A DNA stretch of 64,000 nucleotides from a virus (IMGVR_UViG_3300012665_000990:9776-73775), one strand, 5' to 3'; shown: positions 1 to 9,314, counted from the first letter of the stretch. The notes: generated by a model not told the origin, from the letters alone. Made by a program: numbers and translations.

Positions 1-1
1 A

Positions 2-169
2 AAGAATCTAACAGAAATTTACGCAAAGCATAATAGTCAAGGCAAGACATATGAAACTTTGAGTGCTGACATGGAAAGAGATAAATTCATGAGTGCTCAA
101 GAAGCTCTCGATTATGGGCTAATTGACCACATTGTGGACAAAAGGCCAAATGGTAGCACCAGCGTATAA
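2..169 (+). CDS. clpP: ATP-dependent Clp protease proteolytic subunit, C-terminal part (truncated by window edge)
   Basis: Frame 2 reads KNLTEIYAKHNSQGKTYETLSADMERDKFMSAQEALDYGLID, the typical ClpP C-terminus; stop TAA at 167-169. Not in the ORF track. Confidence 0.85.
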   Translation, partial: KNLTEIYAKHNSQGKTYETLSADMERDKFMSAQEALDYGLIDHIVDKRPNGSTSV

Positions 170-1235
170 TAGTAGCCAGTTACTAAAAAACATACGTCTA
201 GATCAACTAGACATCAAAAGAGGTGAGCTTTCCGGAAACTTAATATCTGGAGGGCTTATCTCTGCCTTTGCATCTACAGGTATTAAAGACGATGCATCAG
301 TACAAACTTTAATCATTGAAGATGGTCGCATCATTGTTGACAAAATTACTGTTAAAGAAATTGATAGCAATTTAGTAATATCTGGAAAACTAAATGTATT
401 AGGTGAGTTAACTGCTACTAAAATTACTGCTGATGAAATTTTTAGTAATCAAAAATACGATAAGCAATATATTGAATTCATTCCAAACGCACAAACACAA
501 AGTACAATTGGCTCTGGATTCGTTTGGAAGGATGCAGGTCCTACAAGGATGTTTGTACTACGTCCAGAACCTGAACGTTTTTTCTCTAGTGAAAATATTG
601 ACATTAGAGATGGTAAAAACTACAGCATTGGTAATGTCAATGTGTTGTCCTTCAACCTACTTGGACCAACTGTTAAGAAAAGTAGTCTAACTGAAGTTGG
701 CACACTAAAAGATTTAACTGTAAATGGTGACACTGTATTGGGTGGGTTTGCTACATTTAATAGTGACTTACAGCGTATTGGTATTAACACTGATCAACCA
801 GTAGGTGTATTAACACTGACTGATTTTGAACAGGATGTAATTTTAAATTTAGAAGTAGAAAATGGCCGTGCAAAAGTTGGCACATTTAATAACCGTCCTT
901 TTGAATTAACTGCGGGAGATCTGGCACTCGTCACATTAGAGCCAAAAGGCATTGTTAATATTGGGCATGAATACAGAAGTGACATTACCACTAGAGCATG
1001 GGGCAAGTTAGGTATCAATGTAAAGCATCCTGAAGAAGATCTAGAAGTACGTGGGAATATTCGTTTTAGAGAAAAACTTTTCGCAGTAGATAATTCTCCG
1101 CCAACTAAAGGTAACTATAAAAGAGGGGACATAGTTTGGAATGAAAATCCGGACGCTGGCTCTTTTATTGGCTGGGTATGTGTAGTCGCAGGCACACCTG
1201 GCATATGGAAAACTTTTGGAGCGATCAGTGAATAA
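150..1235 (+). CDS. Probable virion structural / fibre-like protein
   Basis: Beta-rich, Gly/Asn-rich ORF with C-terminal GDIVWN...GWVCV...G.WK.FG motif seen in phage fibre/spike proteins; ATG at 150 preferred over 123 because it overlaps the clpP end less. Confidence 0.5.
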   Translation: MVAPAYNSSQLLKNIRLDQLDIKRGELSGNLISGGLISAFASTGIKDDASVQTLIIEDGRIIVDKITVKEIDSNLVISGKLNVLGELTATKITADEIFSNQKYDKQYIEFIPNAQTQSTIGSGFVWKDAGPTRMFVLRPEPERFFSSENIDIRDGKNYSIGNVNVLSFNLLGPTVKKSSLTEVGTLKDLTVNGDTVLGGFATFNSDLQRIGINTDQPVGVLTLTDFEQDVILNLEVENGRAKVGTFNNRPFELTAGDLALVTLEPKGIVNIGHEYRSDITTRAWGKLGINVKHPEEDLEVRGNIRFREKLFAVDNSPPTKGNYKRGDIVWNENPDAGSFIGWVCVVAGTPGIWKTFGAISE

Positions 1236-1548
1236 TTTAATTAAACTAATACAGGCAAGGAAGCAAACTCAATTATGGCTATGGTTTGGACGCATCAGTC
1301 CAATTCTATTTTTAATTGGCGCAATAGGCTTTTACGAAATCATGCATACAGATATACCTTTCATTTTCTATGCAAGTTGGGCAGGTTTTATCACAGTATC
1401 TTTAATTTGGTGGGGATGGGTTCTAAAAATCATTTTAGAATTTATACACTTTTTTGAAGAAGTTAACAAATCAGTTAATGAAATTCAAAATAATGTTATC
1501 GAAGTATGTGATGAGGTAAAAAAATTGAACGAAGAGAAACGCAAATAA
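1216..1548 (+). CDS. Small two-TM membrane protein with C-terminal coiled coil
   Basis: Two hydrophobic segments followed by a heptad-like tail. Confidence 0.55.
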   Translation: MERSVNNLIKLIQARKQTQLWLWFGRISPILFLIGAIGFYEIMHTDIPFIFYASWAGFITVSLIWWGWVLKIILEFIHFFEEVNKSVNEIQNNVIEVCDEVKKLNEEKRK

Positions 1549-1551
1549 ATA

Positions 1552-1579
1552 TTGACATAGTTATACATTAGTGTATAAT
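1552..1579 (+). promoter_or_regulatory. Sigma70-type promoter of queD
   Basis: TTGACA (1552-1557), 16 nt spacer, TATAAT (1574-1579). Confidence 0.75.
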
Positions 1580-1585
1580 TACTAT

Positions 1586-1630
1586 ATGCGGACTCAGGCA
1601 TTCATCCCGCAATATAAACTCTGCATGTCA
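1586..1630 (+). ncRNA. Candidate preQ1-I-like riboswitch / H-type pseudoknot leader
   Basis: UGCGG/CCGCA stem, 15-nt loop ending in C, A-rich tail AUAUAAA, then CUCUG/AUGUC able to pair with loop CAG/GGCAU; lies between the promoter and queD. Confidence 0.35.
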
Positions 1631-1652
1631 TTGCTTAATCAAGGAGATTACA

Positions 1653-2183
1653 ATGGCAAAATTTTACTCAACAAAAACTTACGGTAATGACCGCGGCTTA
1701 TCATGCTGTTTTAGACAATGGCGTGCCACACATAGCCACTGCTCAACACTACATGGTTACTCAATTGGCATCAAATTAATTTTTGAATGTGACACATTGG
1801 ATGACAAAAACTGGTGTATGGACTTTGGTGGTCTTAAAGAATTCAAAGCGTGGGCAGATGATACATTTGATCACACTTTGGTTATTGCCCAGGATGATCC
1901 ACACTTAGCATTTTTCCAACAGATGGCTAATATGGGCAATGTTCCAAGTTCAGGAAACGGCGATCAAGGCTTTGATAAACTAGAACCTTATCAGCGTGGA
2001 GCATTATGTGACTTGCGTATTGTACCAGGTGTAGGCTGTGAAATGTTTGCCAAAATGGCTTATGACAAAATGGCTGAGCTACTTGCAAGTGGCGACATGC
2101 GCTACCCAATCAATCCATCAGTTAGGGTTAAATCAGTTGAAGTATTTGAACACGGTGCTAACTCAGCAACTTACGAAGGATAA
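1653..2183 (+). CDS. queD: 6-carboxy-5,6,7,8-tetrahydropterin synthase QueD
   Basis: CSTLHGY (CxxxHG), DFGGLK, FDH, E.FEH motifs; SD AAGGAG. Confidence 0.9.
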   Translation: MAKFYSTKTYGNDRGLSCCFRQWRATHSHCSTLHGYSIGIKLIFECDTLDDKNWCMDFGGLKEFKAWADDTFDHTLVIAQDDPHLAFFQQMANMGNVPSSGNGDQGFDKLEPYQRGALCDLRIVPGVGCEMFAKMAYDKMAELLASGDMRYPINPSVRVKSVEVFEHGANSATYEG

Positions 2184-2188
2184 AGTAA

Positions 2189-2344
2189 TTGTGGCGACTT
2201 TGGGCTAAGGCTTTGGGGGAGAAAGCAGGCGATTCTGATAAAGAATCAGATAAAATCGCTTGCATTCGTACCGTAATTGTGTTAATATACATTATAACGA
2301 ACTTTTTCATTATGGCAGGTATATTAAGGCATTGGAATGATTAA
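2189..2344 (+). CDS. Small membrane protein (51 aa, TTG start)
   Basis: Reads MWRLWAKALGEKAGDSDKESDKIACIRTVIVLIYIITNFFIMAGILRHWND; SD AAGGA upstream; fills the queD-uvsE gap; below ORF-track cutoff. Confidence 0.7.
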   Translation: MWRLWAKALGEKAGDSDKESDKIACIRTVIVLIYIITNFFIMAGILRHWND

Positions 2345-3353
2345 ACGAATAGGCTTTGCGTGTAAGTGGATTGATAACCCAAATCAAACAGCAGGTATTA
2401 AACCTACTGATGATTGTAAACAGTACAACACTGGGTCAACGACTATTAGTTGGCTCAAACGGCAATCACAAGAAGTAGCCGAACAAAAGTTATGGGACTT
2501 GATGGTTCAGAATATTGAATCAGCTCGTCGTCTTGTAGAAAAGGTAGGAACACTGAATGAAGAACTTCGTATGGTACGTATTAGCAGTGATTTGCTTCCT
2601 GCATATACTCAGCGTGACTACAGTTACTTTTGGCACAAGCCTGACGTTGTTCAGTATTGTGAACGCAATTTTGGCATTATTGGCGATAGTGCTCGTGCAA
2701 GCAATACCCGTCTTAGTTTTCATCCTGGTCAGTTTACTGTCTTGGCTAGTGATAACCCAGGCATTGTTGAAAGATCAATAGAGGAATTTGAATATCATGC
2801 GGATATGGCACGTTGGATGGGTTACGGGAAATCCTTTCAGGACTTTAAGATCAACGTCCACATCTCCGGTAAACAAGGTCCAGCCGGTATCCTCCGTGCC
2901 TACGAACGACTATCGCCAGAAGCAAGAAACTGTATTACTATCGAAAACGAAGAAAACGCCTGGGGGTTAAATGATTGTCTTGAGCTTAGTGGTACTATTC
3001 CTATTGTTATGGATGTACATCACCATTGGATCAGGGAAGGTGTATATATTACGCCAGATGATGATCAAGTACAACGTGTTATTGATAGTTGGCGTGGCGT
3101 TCGCCCTACTATGCATTACTCAGTTAGTAGAGAAGACTACCTTCTCGAGCATGATCGAACTACCGCGCCTGTTCATGCCCAACTTCTTCTAGAAGGTTAC
3201 AAAAAACAAAAACTTAGAGCACATAGCGACTTTTATTGGAATACCGCAGTTAATGACTGGGTGCTAACATTCCGAGATAATTTTGATATTATGTGTGAAA
3301 GTAAAGGCAAAAATATTGCCAGTTTTGAACTGCACAGATACGCAACAACATAA
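2337..3353 (+). CDS. uvsE: UV damage endonuclease UvsE/UVDE
   Basis: RIGFACK start, RISSDLLP, RLSFHPGQF, IENEE, DVHHH and HSD motifs. Confidence 0.9.
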   Translation: MIKRIGFACKWIDNPNQTAGIKPTDDCKQYNTGSTTISWLKRQSQEVAEQKLWDLMVQNIESARRLVEKVGTLNEELRMVRISSDLLPAYTQRDYSYFWHKPDVVQYCERNFGIIGDSARASNTRLSFHPGQFTVLASDNPGIVERSIEEFEYHADMARWMGYGKSFQDFKINVHISGKQGPAGILRAYERLSPEARNCITIENEENAWGLNDCLELSGTIPIVMDVHHHWIREGVYITPDDDQVQRVIDSWRGVRPTMHYSVSREDYLLEHDRTTAPVHAQLLLEGYKKQKLRAHSDFYWNTAVNDWVLTFRDNFDIMCESKGKNIASFELHRYATT

Positions 3354-3354
3354 A

Positions 3355-3389
3355 TGCAAAAACCCGCACTAGGCGGGTTTCATTTTGCA
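3355..3389. terminator. Bidirectional intrinsic terminator
   Basis: AAACCCGC-ACTAG-GCGGGTTT with A/T flanks between convergent uvsE and the minus-strand gene. Confidence 0.8.
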
Positions 3390-3405
3390 AGAAGATTCCG
3401 TACTA

Positions 3406-3681
3406 TTACTTGGCAGTCTTCTTTGGAGCACGTGGCTTAGCTGGGGCTTTAACAGCCTTTGGCTTTGCTGGTGCTTTTGGCTTGGCCGGTGCTTTTGGCT
3501 TTGCTACTTTTGGTGTAGCTGGCTTTCTAGTTGCACGTGGCTTCTTAGCTGGTTCCGCGGCTGGCGCTACCGTAGTTTCTACAACTGCCTCAACTACTGG
3601 GGCTGATGTTTCTACTTTGTATGGTGCTGGCTCTGCTGGAGTAGCTGAAGTACCAAATAGTGATTTTAAAAATTTAATCAT
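3406..3681 (-). CDS. Histone H1-like Lys/Ala/Pro-rich basic protein
   Basis: KAPAKP repeats at the C-terminus; SD AAGGAG upstream on the minus strand. Confidence 0.65.
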   Translation of the reverse strand: MIKFLKSLFGTSATPAEPAPYKVETSAPVVEAVVETTVAPAAEPAKKPRATRKPATPKVAKPKAPAKPKAPAKPKAVKAPAKPRAPKKTAK

Positions 3682-3859
3682 GATTAATCTCCTTGTAATT
3701 TAATTATGCCGGAAGATTGTCTCTGAAAAAATTTTGAAAGTAAAAATATCAAACGCCAATTTGCCGTTAGCTACATTAGCTGTATCACTTAGAAACAGGG
3801 AAAACAGTGATTTCAGGATCCTTGGGTGCCCTGTTGACCGTTTGACGGAAATATTTACC

Positions 3860-3867
3860 TATAAATA
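3860..3867 (+). promoter_or_regulatory. T4-type late promoter
   Basis: Exact TATAAATA 5 nt before the sod ATG; the TAAATA core also occurs at 9304, 17929, 31361, 34640, 39946, 40372, 42636, 48321, 50526 and on the minus strand at 31312-31317. Confidence 0.65.
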
Positions 3868-3872
3868 CAGAC

Positions 3873-4421
3873 ATGTATAATTTTATCAAAAACTTAACTG
3901 AAGGGCGAGATTTAACAGAGTTAAAAAGAATTACTCTAAACTATTCATCTGATGGATTAGGACGTAGTTTGAGTAAGCAGGCTATTGATTATCATTATGG
4001 TAAGTTATACAAAACCTATGTTGATAGATTTAATAACAATGAGGGCGACTCAGACTTTAATGAAGCGGGTGCCTTTTTACACAGCATTTACTTTAGCCAA
4101 TTTAAATCACCTGTTAGTTCAAATAAACCAATAGATGAATCACTTGCATTTATTGAAGAGCATTATCAAACATTTGATAACTTTAAAAAAGAGTTTGAAA
4201 AAACTGCAATGAGTATTCAAGGCAGTGGTTGGGTGTATCTAGCTCGTGATGGTAAAATTAAAACTATCAAAAATCATGAAATTAAAAATGATATATTGTT
4301 ATTAATTGATTGGTGGGAGCATGCCTGGGCACTAGACTATCAAGCTGATAAAAAGAAATATTTAGAAAATCAATGGAAAATTATTGATTGGGAAGTTATT
4401 AATCATAAAAAGAGAGGTTGA
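3873..4421 (+). CDS. sod: Fe/Mn superoxide dismutase
   Basis: YHYGK, LHSIYF, QGSGWVYL and DWWEHAWALDY keep the four metal ligands. Confidence 0.85.
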   Translation: MYNFIKNLTEGRDLTELKRITLNYSSDGLGRSLSKQAIDYHYGKLYKTYVDRFNNNEGDSDFNEAGAFLHSIYFSQFKSPVSSNKPIDESLAFIEEHYQTFDNFKKEFEKTAMSIQGSGWVYLARDGKIKTIKNHEIKNDILLLIDWWEHAWALDYQADKKKYLENQWKIIDWEVINHKKRG

Positions 4422-4449
4422 TATGAAGTTTGGTGCTATGACTAAAGTA

Positions 4450-4478
4450 TTGACTTTTTAATATTTTAAAAGTATAAT
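4450..4478 (+). promoter_or_regulatory. Sigma70-type promoter of the suf operon (probably leaderless)
   Basis: TTGACT, 17 nt, TATAAT; sufB ATG 5 nt downstream with no SD. Confidence 0.75.
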
Positions 4479-4483
4479 ACACT

Positions 4484-5908
4484 ATGGACGCAAAAGAAAT
4501 AAAACAGAACGTCTATAAGCATGGATGGTCATCCAAATTTAAAGCTGAAACTTTTGATAGAGGTTTAAGTGAAGATATTATTAGAAAAATATCAGAAGTT
4601 AAAGATGAACCTAATTGGTTATTAGATTGGCGACTAGCCGCATACCACAGTTGGAGGAGGATGTCCAAGCCAGAATGGTCAGAGCTTGACATACCTGATA
4701 TTGACTTCAACGAAATAAGTTATTTTAGTAGACCTAAAAATAGACCTAAGGATCTAAGCGAAGTAGATCCGTCAATTATAAAAGACTTTGAAAAGTTAGG
4801 CATACCACTTGAAGAACAAAAGTGGTTGGCAGGCGTTGCTGTTGACGTAGTACTTGACAGCGAGAGTCTTGGAACAACCCACAAACAAACATTACTAGCA
4901 CAGGGAATTATTTTTTGCAGTATCAGTGAAGCTGTAAAAGAATATCCAGACCTAGTTAAAGAATATTTAGGCAGTGTGGTCCCAGCAAGGGACAATTATT
5001 ACAGTTGTCTAAATGCCGCGGTGTTCACTGACGGTAGTTTTGTTTATATTCCCAAAGGTGTACGTTGCCCATTAGAGCTTAGTACTTACTTTAGAATTAA
5101 TGAACCTAGCACTGGACAATTTGAACGAACACTGATTATAGCAGAGGATGATTCATATGTATCTTATTTGGAAGGATGCACAGCACCAAAACGTGACGAG
5201 AATCAGTTACATGCCGCCGTCGTCGAACTTGTTGCCCTTGATAGGGCCGAAATCAAATATTCGACTGTACAAAACTGGTACCCCGGAGATGAGGAAGGAC
5301 GAGGCGGAATTTATAATTTTGTCACAAAGAGAGGAATTTGTCGCGGCGAATCAAGCAAAATATCTTGGACCCAAGTAGAAACTGGTAGTAGTATTACTTG
5401 GAAATACCCAAGCTGTATTTTAAAGGGCGACAATAGCGTTGGCGAGTTTTATAGTGTAGCAATTACTAAAAACAAAATGCAGGCAGATACTGGCACTAAA
5501 ATGATACACTTAGGAGCCAATACATCAAGTACAATTATTAGTAAAGGTATTAGCATGGATCATAGTGTTAATACATATCGTGGGTTGGTTAAGATCATGC
5601 CCAACGCACACAATTCAAGAAATTATACACAATGCGATAGTATGATAATTGGAGACTATGGCATAGCCAATACAATACCTTATGTTGAAAGTAAAAACAT
5701 TTCTTCAATTATTGAACATGAAGCAACAACTGGGAGAATAAGTGATAAGCAGTTATATTACCTAGCACAGCGTGGCATGACTACAGAGCAGGCCGCAACT
5801 ACTATTGTCAGTGGATTTTGTAAAGAAGTTTTCAAAACATTACCATTAGAATTTGCGGCTGAAGCACAAAAATTGTTAAGTATTAAAATAGAGGGATCAA
5901 TAGGATAA
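4484..5908 (+). CDS. sufB: Fe-S cluster assembly scaffold SufB
   Basis: [53 protein letters not shown] and HEATT motifs. Confidence 0.95.
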   Translation: MDAKEIKQNVYKHGWSSKFKAETFDRGLSEDIIRKISEVKDEPNWLLDWRLAAYHSWRRMSKPEWSELDIPDIDFNEISYFSRPKNRPKDLSEVDPSIIKDFEKLGIPLEEQKWLAGVAVDVVLDSESLGTTHKQTLLAQGIIFCSISEAVKEYPDLVKEYLGSVVPARDNYYSCLNAAVFTDGSFVYIPKGVRCPLELSTYFRINEPSTGQFERTLIIAEDDSYVSYLEGCTAPKRDENQLHAAVVELVALDRAEIKYSTVQNWYPGDEEGRGGIYNFVTKRGICRGESSKISWTQVETGSSITWKYPSCILKGDNSVGEFYSVAITKNKMQADTGTKMIHLGANTSSTIISKGISMDHSVNTYRGLVKIMPNAHNSRNYTQCDSMIIGDYGIANTIPYVESKNISSIIEHEATTGRISDKQLYYLAQRGMTTEQAATTIVSGFCKEVFKTLPLEFAAEAQKLLSIKIEGSIG

Positions 5909-6633
5909 TGTTAAAAATTACAAATTTGTCTGTTAACGTAGCAGAAATTGATATTTTGAAAAATATCAATCTTGAAGTTAATGCAGGCGAAATACACGCA
6001 ATACTAGGACCTAATGGTGCTGGAAAAAGTTCTTTAGCCAATGCTATATCAGGACATCCAGAAATCATTATCACTAAAGGAAGGATGTCCTTTAATAAAA
6101 AGTCGTTACTTAAAATGGCCGCTGACGAAAGAAGTCGTGCTGGCATTTTTATGACTTTTCAAGACCCTCCAGAAATTCCAGGAGTTAGCAACTTACAGCT
6201 AACTAGAGATATCATTAAAGCACGTGGTGATAGTAGAGATAGTGGCACTATCATTAATGATTATAAAAAATTCGTCAAGCAGTGTGATTTAGGTAGTGAG
6301 TGGGGTAAAAGGGATTTCAATTTAGGAGCGAGTGGCGGGGAAAAGAAAAAGAATGAAGTTTTAATGATGCAAATGATTGACCCTTCATTGTTGATCTTAG
6401 ATGAAATTGATAGTGGTTTAGATATCGATGCGGTACAACAAGTTACAAAAGATATCAAAACATTTCTAGCTAAAGAAGGAAAGGCGTGTATTATTATTAC
6501 ACATCAGCCAACGATCCTAGATACAATCAAACCAACGCATGTTCATATAATTGTAGATGGCAAAATCGTAGAGAGTGGCGATATTACACTTGTTAAAAGG
6601 ATCAGTAAAAATGGCTATAGAGAGTTTTCTTAA
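5908..6633 (+). CDS. sufC: Fe-S assembly ABC ATPase SufC
   Basis: Walker A GPNGAGKSS, FQDPPEIPGV, SGGEKKKNE signature, LDEIDSGLDIDA. Confidence 0.93.
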   Translation: MLKITNLSVNVAEIDILKNINLEVNAGEIHAILGPNGAGKSSLANAISGHPEIIITKGRMSFNKKSLLKMAADERSRAGIFMTFQDPPEIPGVSNLQLTRDIIKARGDSRDSGTIINDYKKFVKQCDLGSEWGKRDFNLGASGGEKKKNEVLMMQMIDPSLLILDEIDSGLDIDAVQQVTKDIKTFLAKEGKACIIITHQPTILDTIKPTHVHIIVDGKIVESGDITLVKRISKNGYREFS

Positions 6634-7435
6634 AGTAGACAAAAAAGACCCGGATTGGTCCTACAGCCCAAGCAGTTATTTTGGGAAACAATTTAAAGTA
6701 ATCGATGCAAACTGTTTACAGATTGCACCAGGTACAGAAGACTTAATGGTATTACGATTAAGTCCAACTGAAAATGACATGCTGTGCAAGCACCTACAAG
6801 TTATTGGTAGATCAAACAGCAGATTAGATTTATACATTATTTGTGATGGTGATGTTAATCTACAACAAGTATTTGTTTATGATGTTGCACTAGAGCCATA
6901 TTCAATTTTAAACATTGGGTTCTTTGTAAAAAATGGCAAACTTAATAAACATATTGTAGAAGCTGAACTTGCTGAAGGAAGCGTACTTAATATTTTTGGA
7001 CTAGTTGAAAATGACATTGGCGGTAGCAGTGAAGTTATTAACAAAATATGTCACTCAGAACCAAGTGCCGAAAGTCAACAGTTAATAAACTGTAAAGCAG
7101 GCAAAAATAGTCGAACTGTTTTCCAAGGATATGTAAGAGTAATAGAAGGAATGACTGACAATTTTGTAACAGTAGCCAATTCTAGTATTATTACTGAGGA
7201 AGGCGGACAAGCATACAGTGTTCCACAAATGATGATTGACTGTGGCGAAGTTGAAGCTAGTCATAGTTGTGCTGTGGGAAAATTTGATGAAGAAGCTATT
7301 TGGTACCTACAGAGCAGAGGCATGTCTGAAGAAGGTGCTAAAGAGTTGCTAATCAGAACGCATCAGGATTATATACTCAATATGATTCCACACCAAGAGA
7401 TACAAGATGAACTTAAAGAATTTTTCCAAAATTGA
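6611..7435 (+). CDS. sufD: SufD-like beta-helix protein (divergent)
   Basis: VFQG, PQMMIDCGEVEASHSCAVG, WYLQSRG C-terminal SufD motifs; position between sufC and sufS. Confidence 0.8.
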   Translation: MAIESFLKVDKKDPDWSYSPSSYFGKQFKVIDANCLQIAPGTEDLMVLRLSPTENDMLCKHLQVIGRSNSRLDLYIICDGDVNLQQVFVYDVALEPYSILNIGFFVKNGKLNKHIVEAELAEGSVLNIFGLVENDIGGSSEVINKICHSEPSAESQQLINCKAGKNSRTVFQGYVRVIEGMTDNFVTVANSSIITEEGGQAYSVPQMMIDCGEVEASHSCAVGKFDEEAIWYLQSRGMSEEGAKELLIRTHQDYILNMIPHQEIQDELKEFFQN

Positions 7436-8645
7436 ACATGATTTTGTACTCCCTAACTTAACATACTTAGACAATGCCGCAACCACATTTTGCCCAGAAA
7501 AGGTTGTTAATAAATTAAACGACTATTTTACAAACTACAAAGCAAATATACATCGCGGCAGTCATAGTTTAGGTATTAAGGCCACAGATGAGTACGAGTC
7601 AGTACGCCTAAAAGTTGCTCGTTTAGTAAACGCAAAAACCTCAAAAGATGTTGTGTTTACCAGTGGCACTACACATAGTATTAATTTACTTGCTTTTGGA
7701 TTCTGTAATAAATGGGGGCCAAACGATCTTGTTATTGTTCCTGAAAGTGAGCACCATGCAAATCTTTTACCATGGGTCAAAGCCAGTGAACAGTTTGGTT
7801 TCCAATTTAAAACTGTAAATGTGATTAAAGACGGCAGTTTAGATTTAGGACATTTACAAGAGCTACTTGATGATAGTCGTGGCAAAATACTATTCAGTAT
7901 GGCACACATTAGCAATACAATCGGTTACGTACAACCAGTTAAAGTAATCTTTGATTTAATTAAAGAATTTGATGGCATTACTGTTTTAGATGCCGCACAA
8001 AGCATATCTAAATTCAATGTAGATATGAATAGAGACAATATTGATTTCATAGCGTTCAGTGCTCACAAGTTATACGGCCCAACGGGAGTAGGAGTGTTGG
8101 TTGGCAGAAATAAACATTTAACTAAAATTGACCCACTGTTTTGGGGCGGTGACATGATTAGTAGTGTACATTGGGGCACAATCTCACTCAACTCAATCCC
8201 TTATAAATTAGAAGCTGGAACTCCCAATATTGGCGGAGTTATTGGTATGGGAGCCGCAATAGACTGGTTTAACGAATATGATATTAAAGATTTTAATGCT
8301 CATGATTTAGAACTAGGCAAGTATTTTGTTGAACAATTAGAAGAACTAGAGTTTATTGAAATTTTTCATCCTGGAACAAAAAGCGGCGTCATAAGTTTTA
8401 ACGTAACTGGACAACACCCAGAAGATGTGGCACAATTATTAAATGCTCAAAAGATTGCTGTTAGAAATGGCTTCCTTTGCGCACAACCAATTGTAGAAGA
8501 AAAGTTTGTTAATGGTGTTGTTAGAGCCAGTTGGGCTTGCTACAATACCAAAGATGACGTGGACAAGCTAGTAGCGGCTTTAAATAAGCTACATGGAATA
8601 CTTGACAATAGAACAAGAAATAACGAAGTTATCACAGACTCTTAA
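7407..8645 (+). CDS. sufS: Cysteine desulfurase SufS
   Basis: YLDNAATT, EHHANLLPW, DAAQ, SAHKLYGPTGVG (PLP Lys), EAGTPNI, RNGFLCAQP (catalytic Cys). Confidence 0.93.
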   Translation: MNLKNFSKIEHDFVLPNLTYLDNAATTFCPEKVVNKLNDYFTNYKANIHRGSHSLGIKATDEYESVRLKVARLVNAKTSKDVVFTSGTTHSINLLAFGFCNKWGPNDLVIVPESEHHANLLPWVKASEQFGFQFKTVNVIKDGSLDLGHLQELLDDSRGKILFSMAHISNTIGYVQPVKVIFDLIKEFDGITVLDAAQSISKFNVDMNRDNIDFIAFSAHKLYGPTGVGVLVGRNKHLTKIDPLFWGGDMISSVHWGTISLNSIPYKLEAGTPNIGGVIGMGAAIDWFNEYDIKDFNAHDLELGKYFVEQLEELEFIEIFHPGTKSGVISFNVTGQHPEDVAQLLNAQKIAVRNGFLCAQPIVEEKFVNGVVRASWACYNTKDDVDKLVAALNKLHGILDNRTRNNEVITDS

Positions 8646-9288
8646 CGAGTTTGATGATAACTTAGAAAAGTACCAATTCATAATGGAGTTTGGTGATAAT
8701 CTTGACGAGTTGTCAACTGAGTTTCGCATAGACGAAAATAAGGTTATAGGATGTCAAAGTGACCTTTGGATATCAAATTTTTCTCAAGATAAACTAGAAG
8801 CTAAGGCACACAGTGAAGCACTTATTGTTCGAGGGCTAGTTGGCATTGTGCTTAAAATTTACAATGGAAGAACTGCTGATGAAATACTATATTCTAATCC
8901 AAAATTATTAAATGGGCTTGGAATAGATGGAATTTTAACTCCAGGAAGACAAAACGGTGTTGGTAACTTAATTAAAAAGATATACAAAATTATGGAGAAA
9001 ATTAAGATAATCAATGCTATTAAGCAAGTATATGACCCTGAAATAGATGTTAATATATACGATTTAGGGCTAATTTATTCTGTTGAAGTTACTGGTAGCA
9101 AGGTGTCTATTGTTATGACGTTGACTAGTGCGTTCTGTCCAGAAGCTGAAGCAATACCAAAAATGGTAAAAGATGCTGTTTTGACTGTTGATACAATAGA
9201 TGAAGTTGAGGTAACAGTCACTATGGAGCCGCCATGGAATCCTGACAAAATTAGTGACGAAGCCAAACTTGAATTAGGAATATACTAA
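8593..9288 (+). CDS. sufE: SufE-SufT(DUF59) fusion protein
   Basis: N-half VIGCQSDLW, SEALIVRGL, LTPGRQNG (SufE); C-half VYDPEIDVNIYDLGLIY, MTLTSAFCP, EPPWNPD (DUF59); single uninterrupted frame. Confidence 0.88.
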   Translation: MEYLTIEQEITKLSQTLNEFDDNLEKYQFIMEFGDNLDELSTEFRIDENKVIGCQSDLWISNFSQDKLEAKAHSEALIVRGLVGIVLKIYNGRTADEILYSNPKLLNGLGIDGILTPGRQNGVGNLIKKIYKIMEKIKIINAIKQVYDPEIDVNIYDLGLIYSVEVTGSKVSIVMTLTSAFCPEAEAIPKMVKDAVLTVDTIDEVEVTVTMEPPWNPDKISDEAKLELGIY

Positions 9289-9314
9289 GATATTCAATCG
9301 TGGTAAATAACAGT

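Noticed and set aside
3794-3835. Cobalamin-riboswitch-like AACAGGGAA...CCC
   Set aside because: Lacks the rest of the B12 core (GGUGxAAxUCC, GCxACUG) and the neighbouring genes are not B12-related.
8600-8630. TTGACA at the sufS/sufE overlap as an internal promoter
   Set aside because: No acceptable -10 at 16-18 nt; the site is doubly coding.
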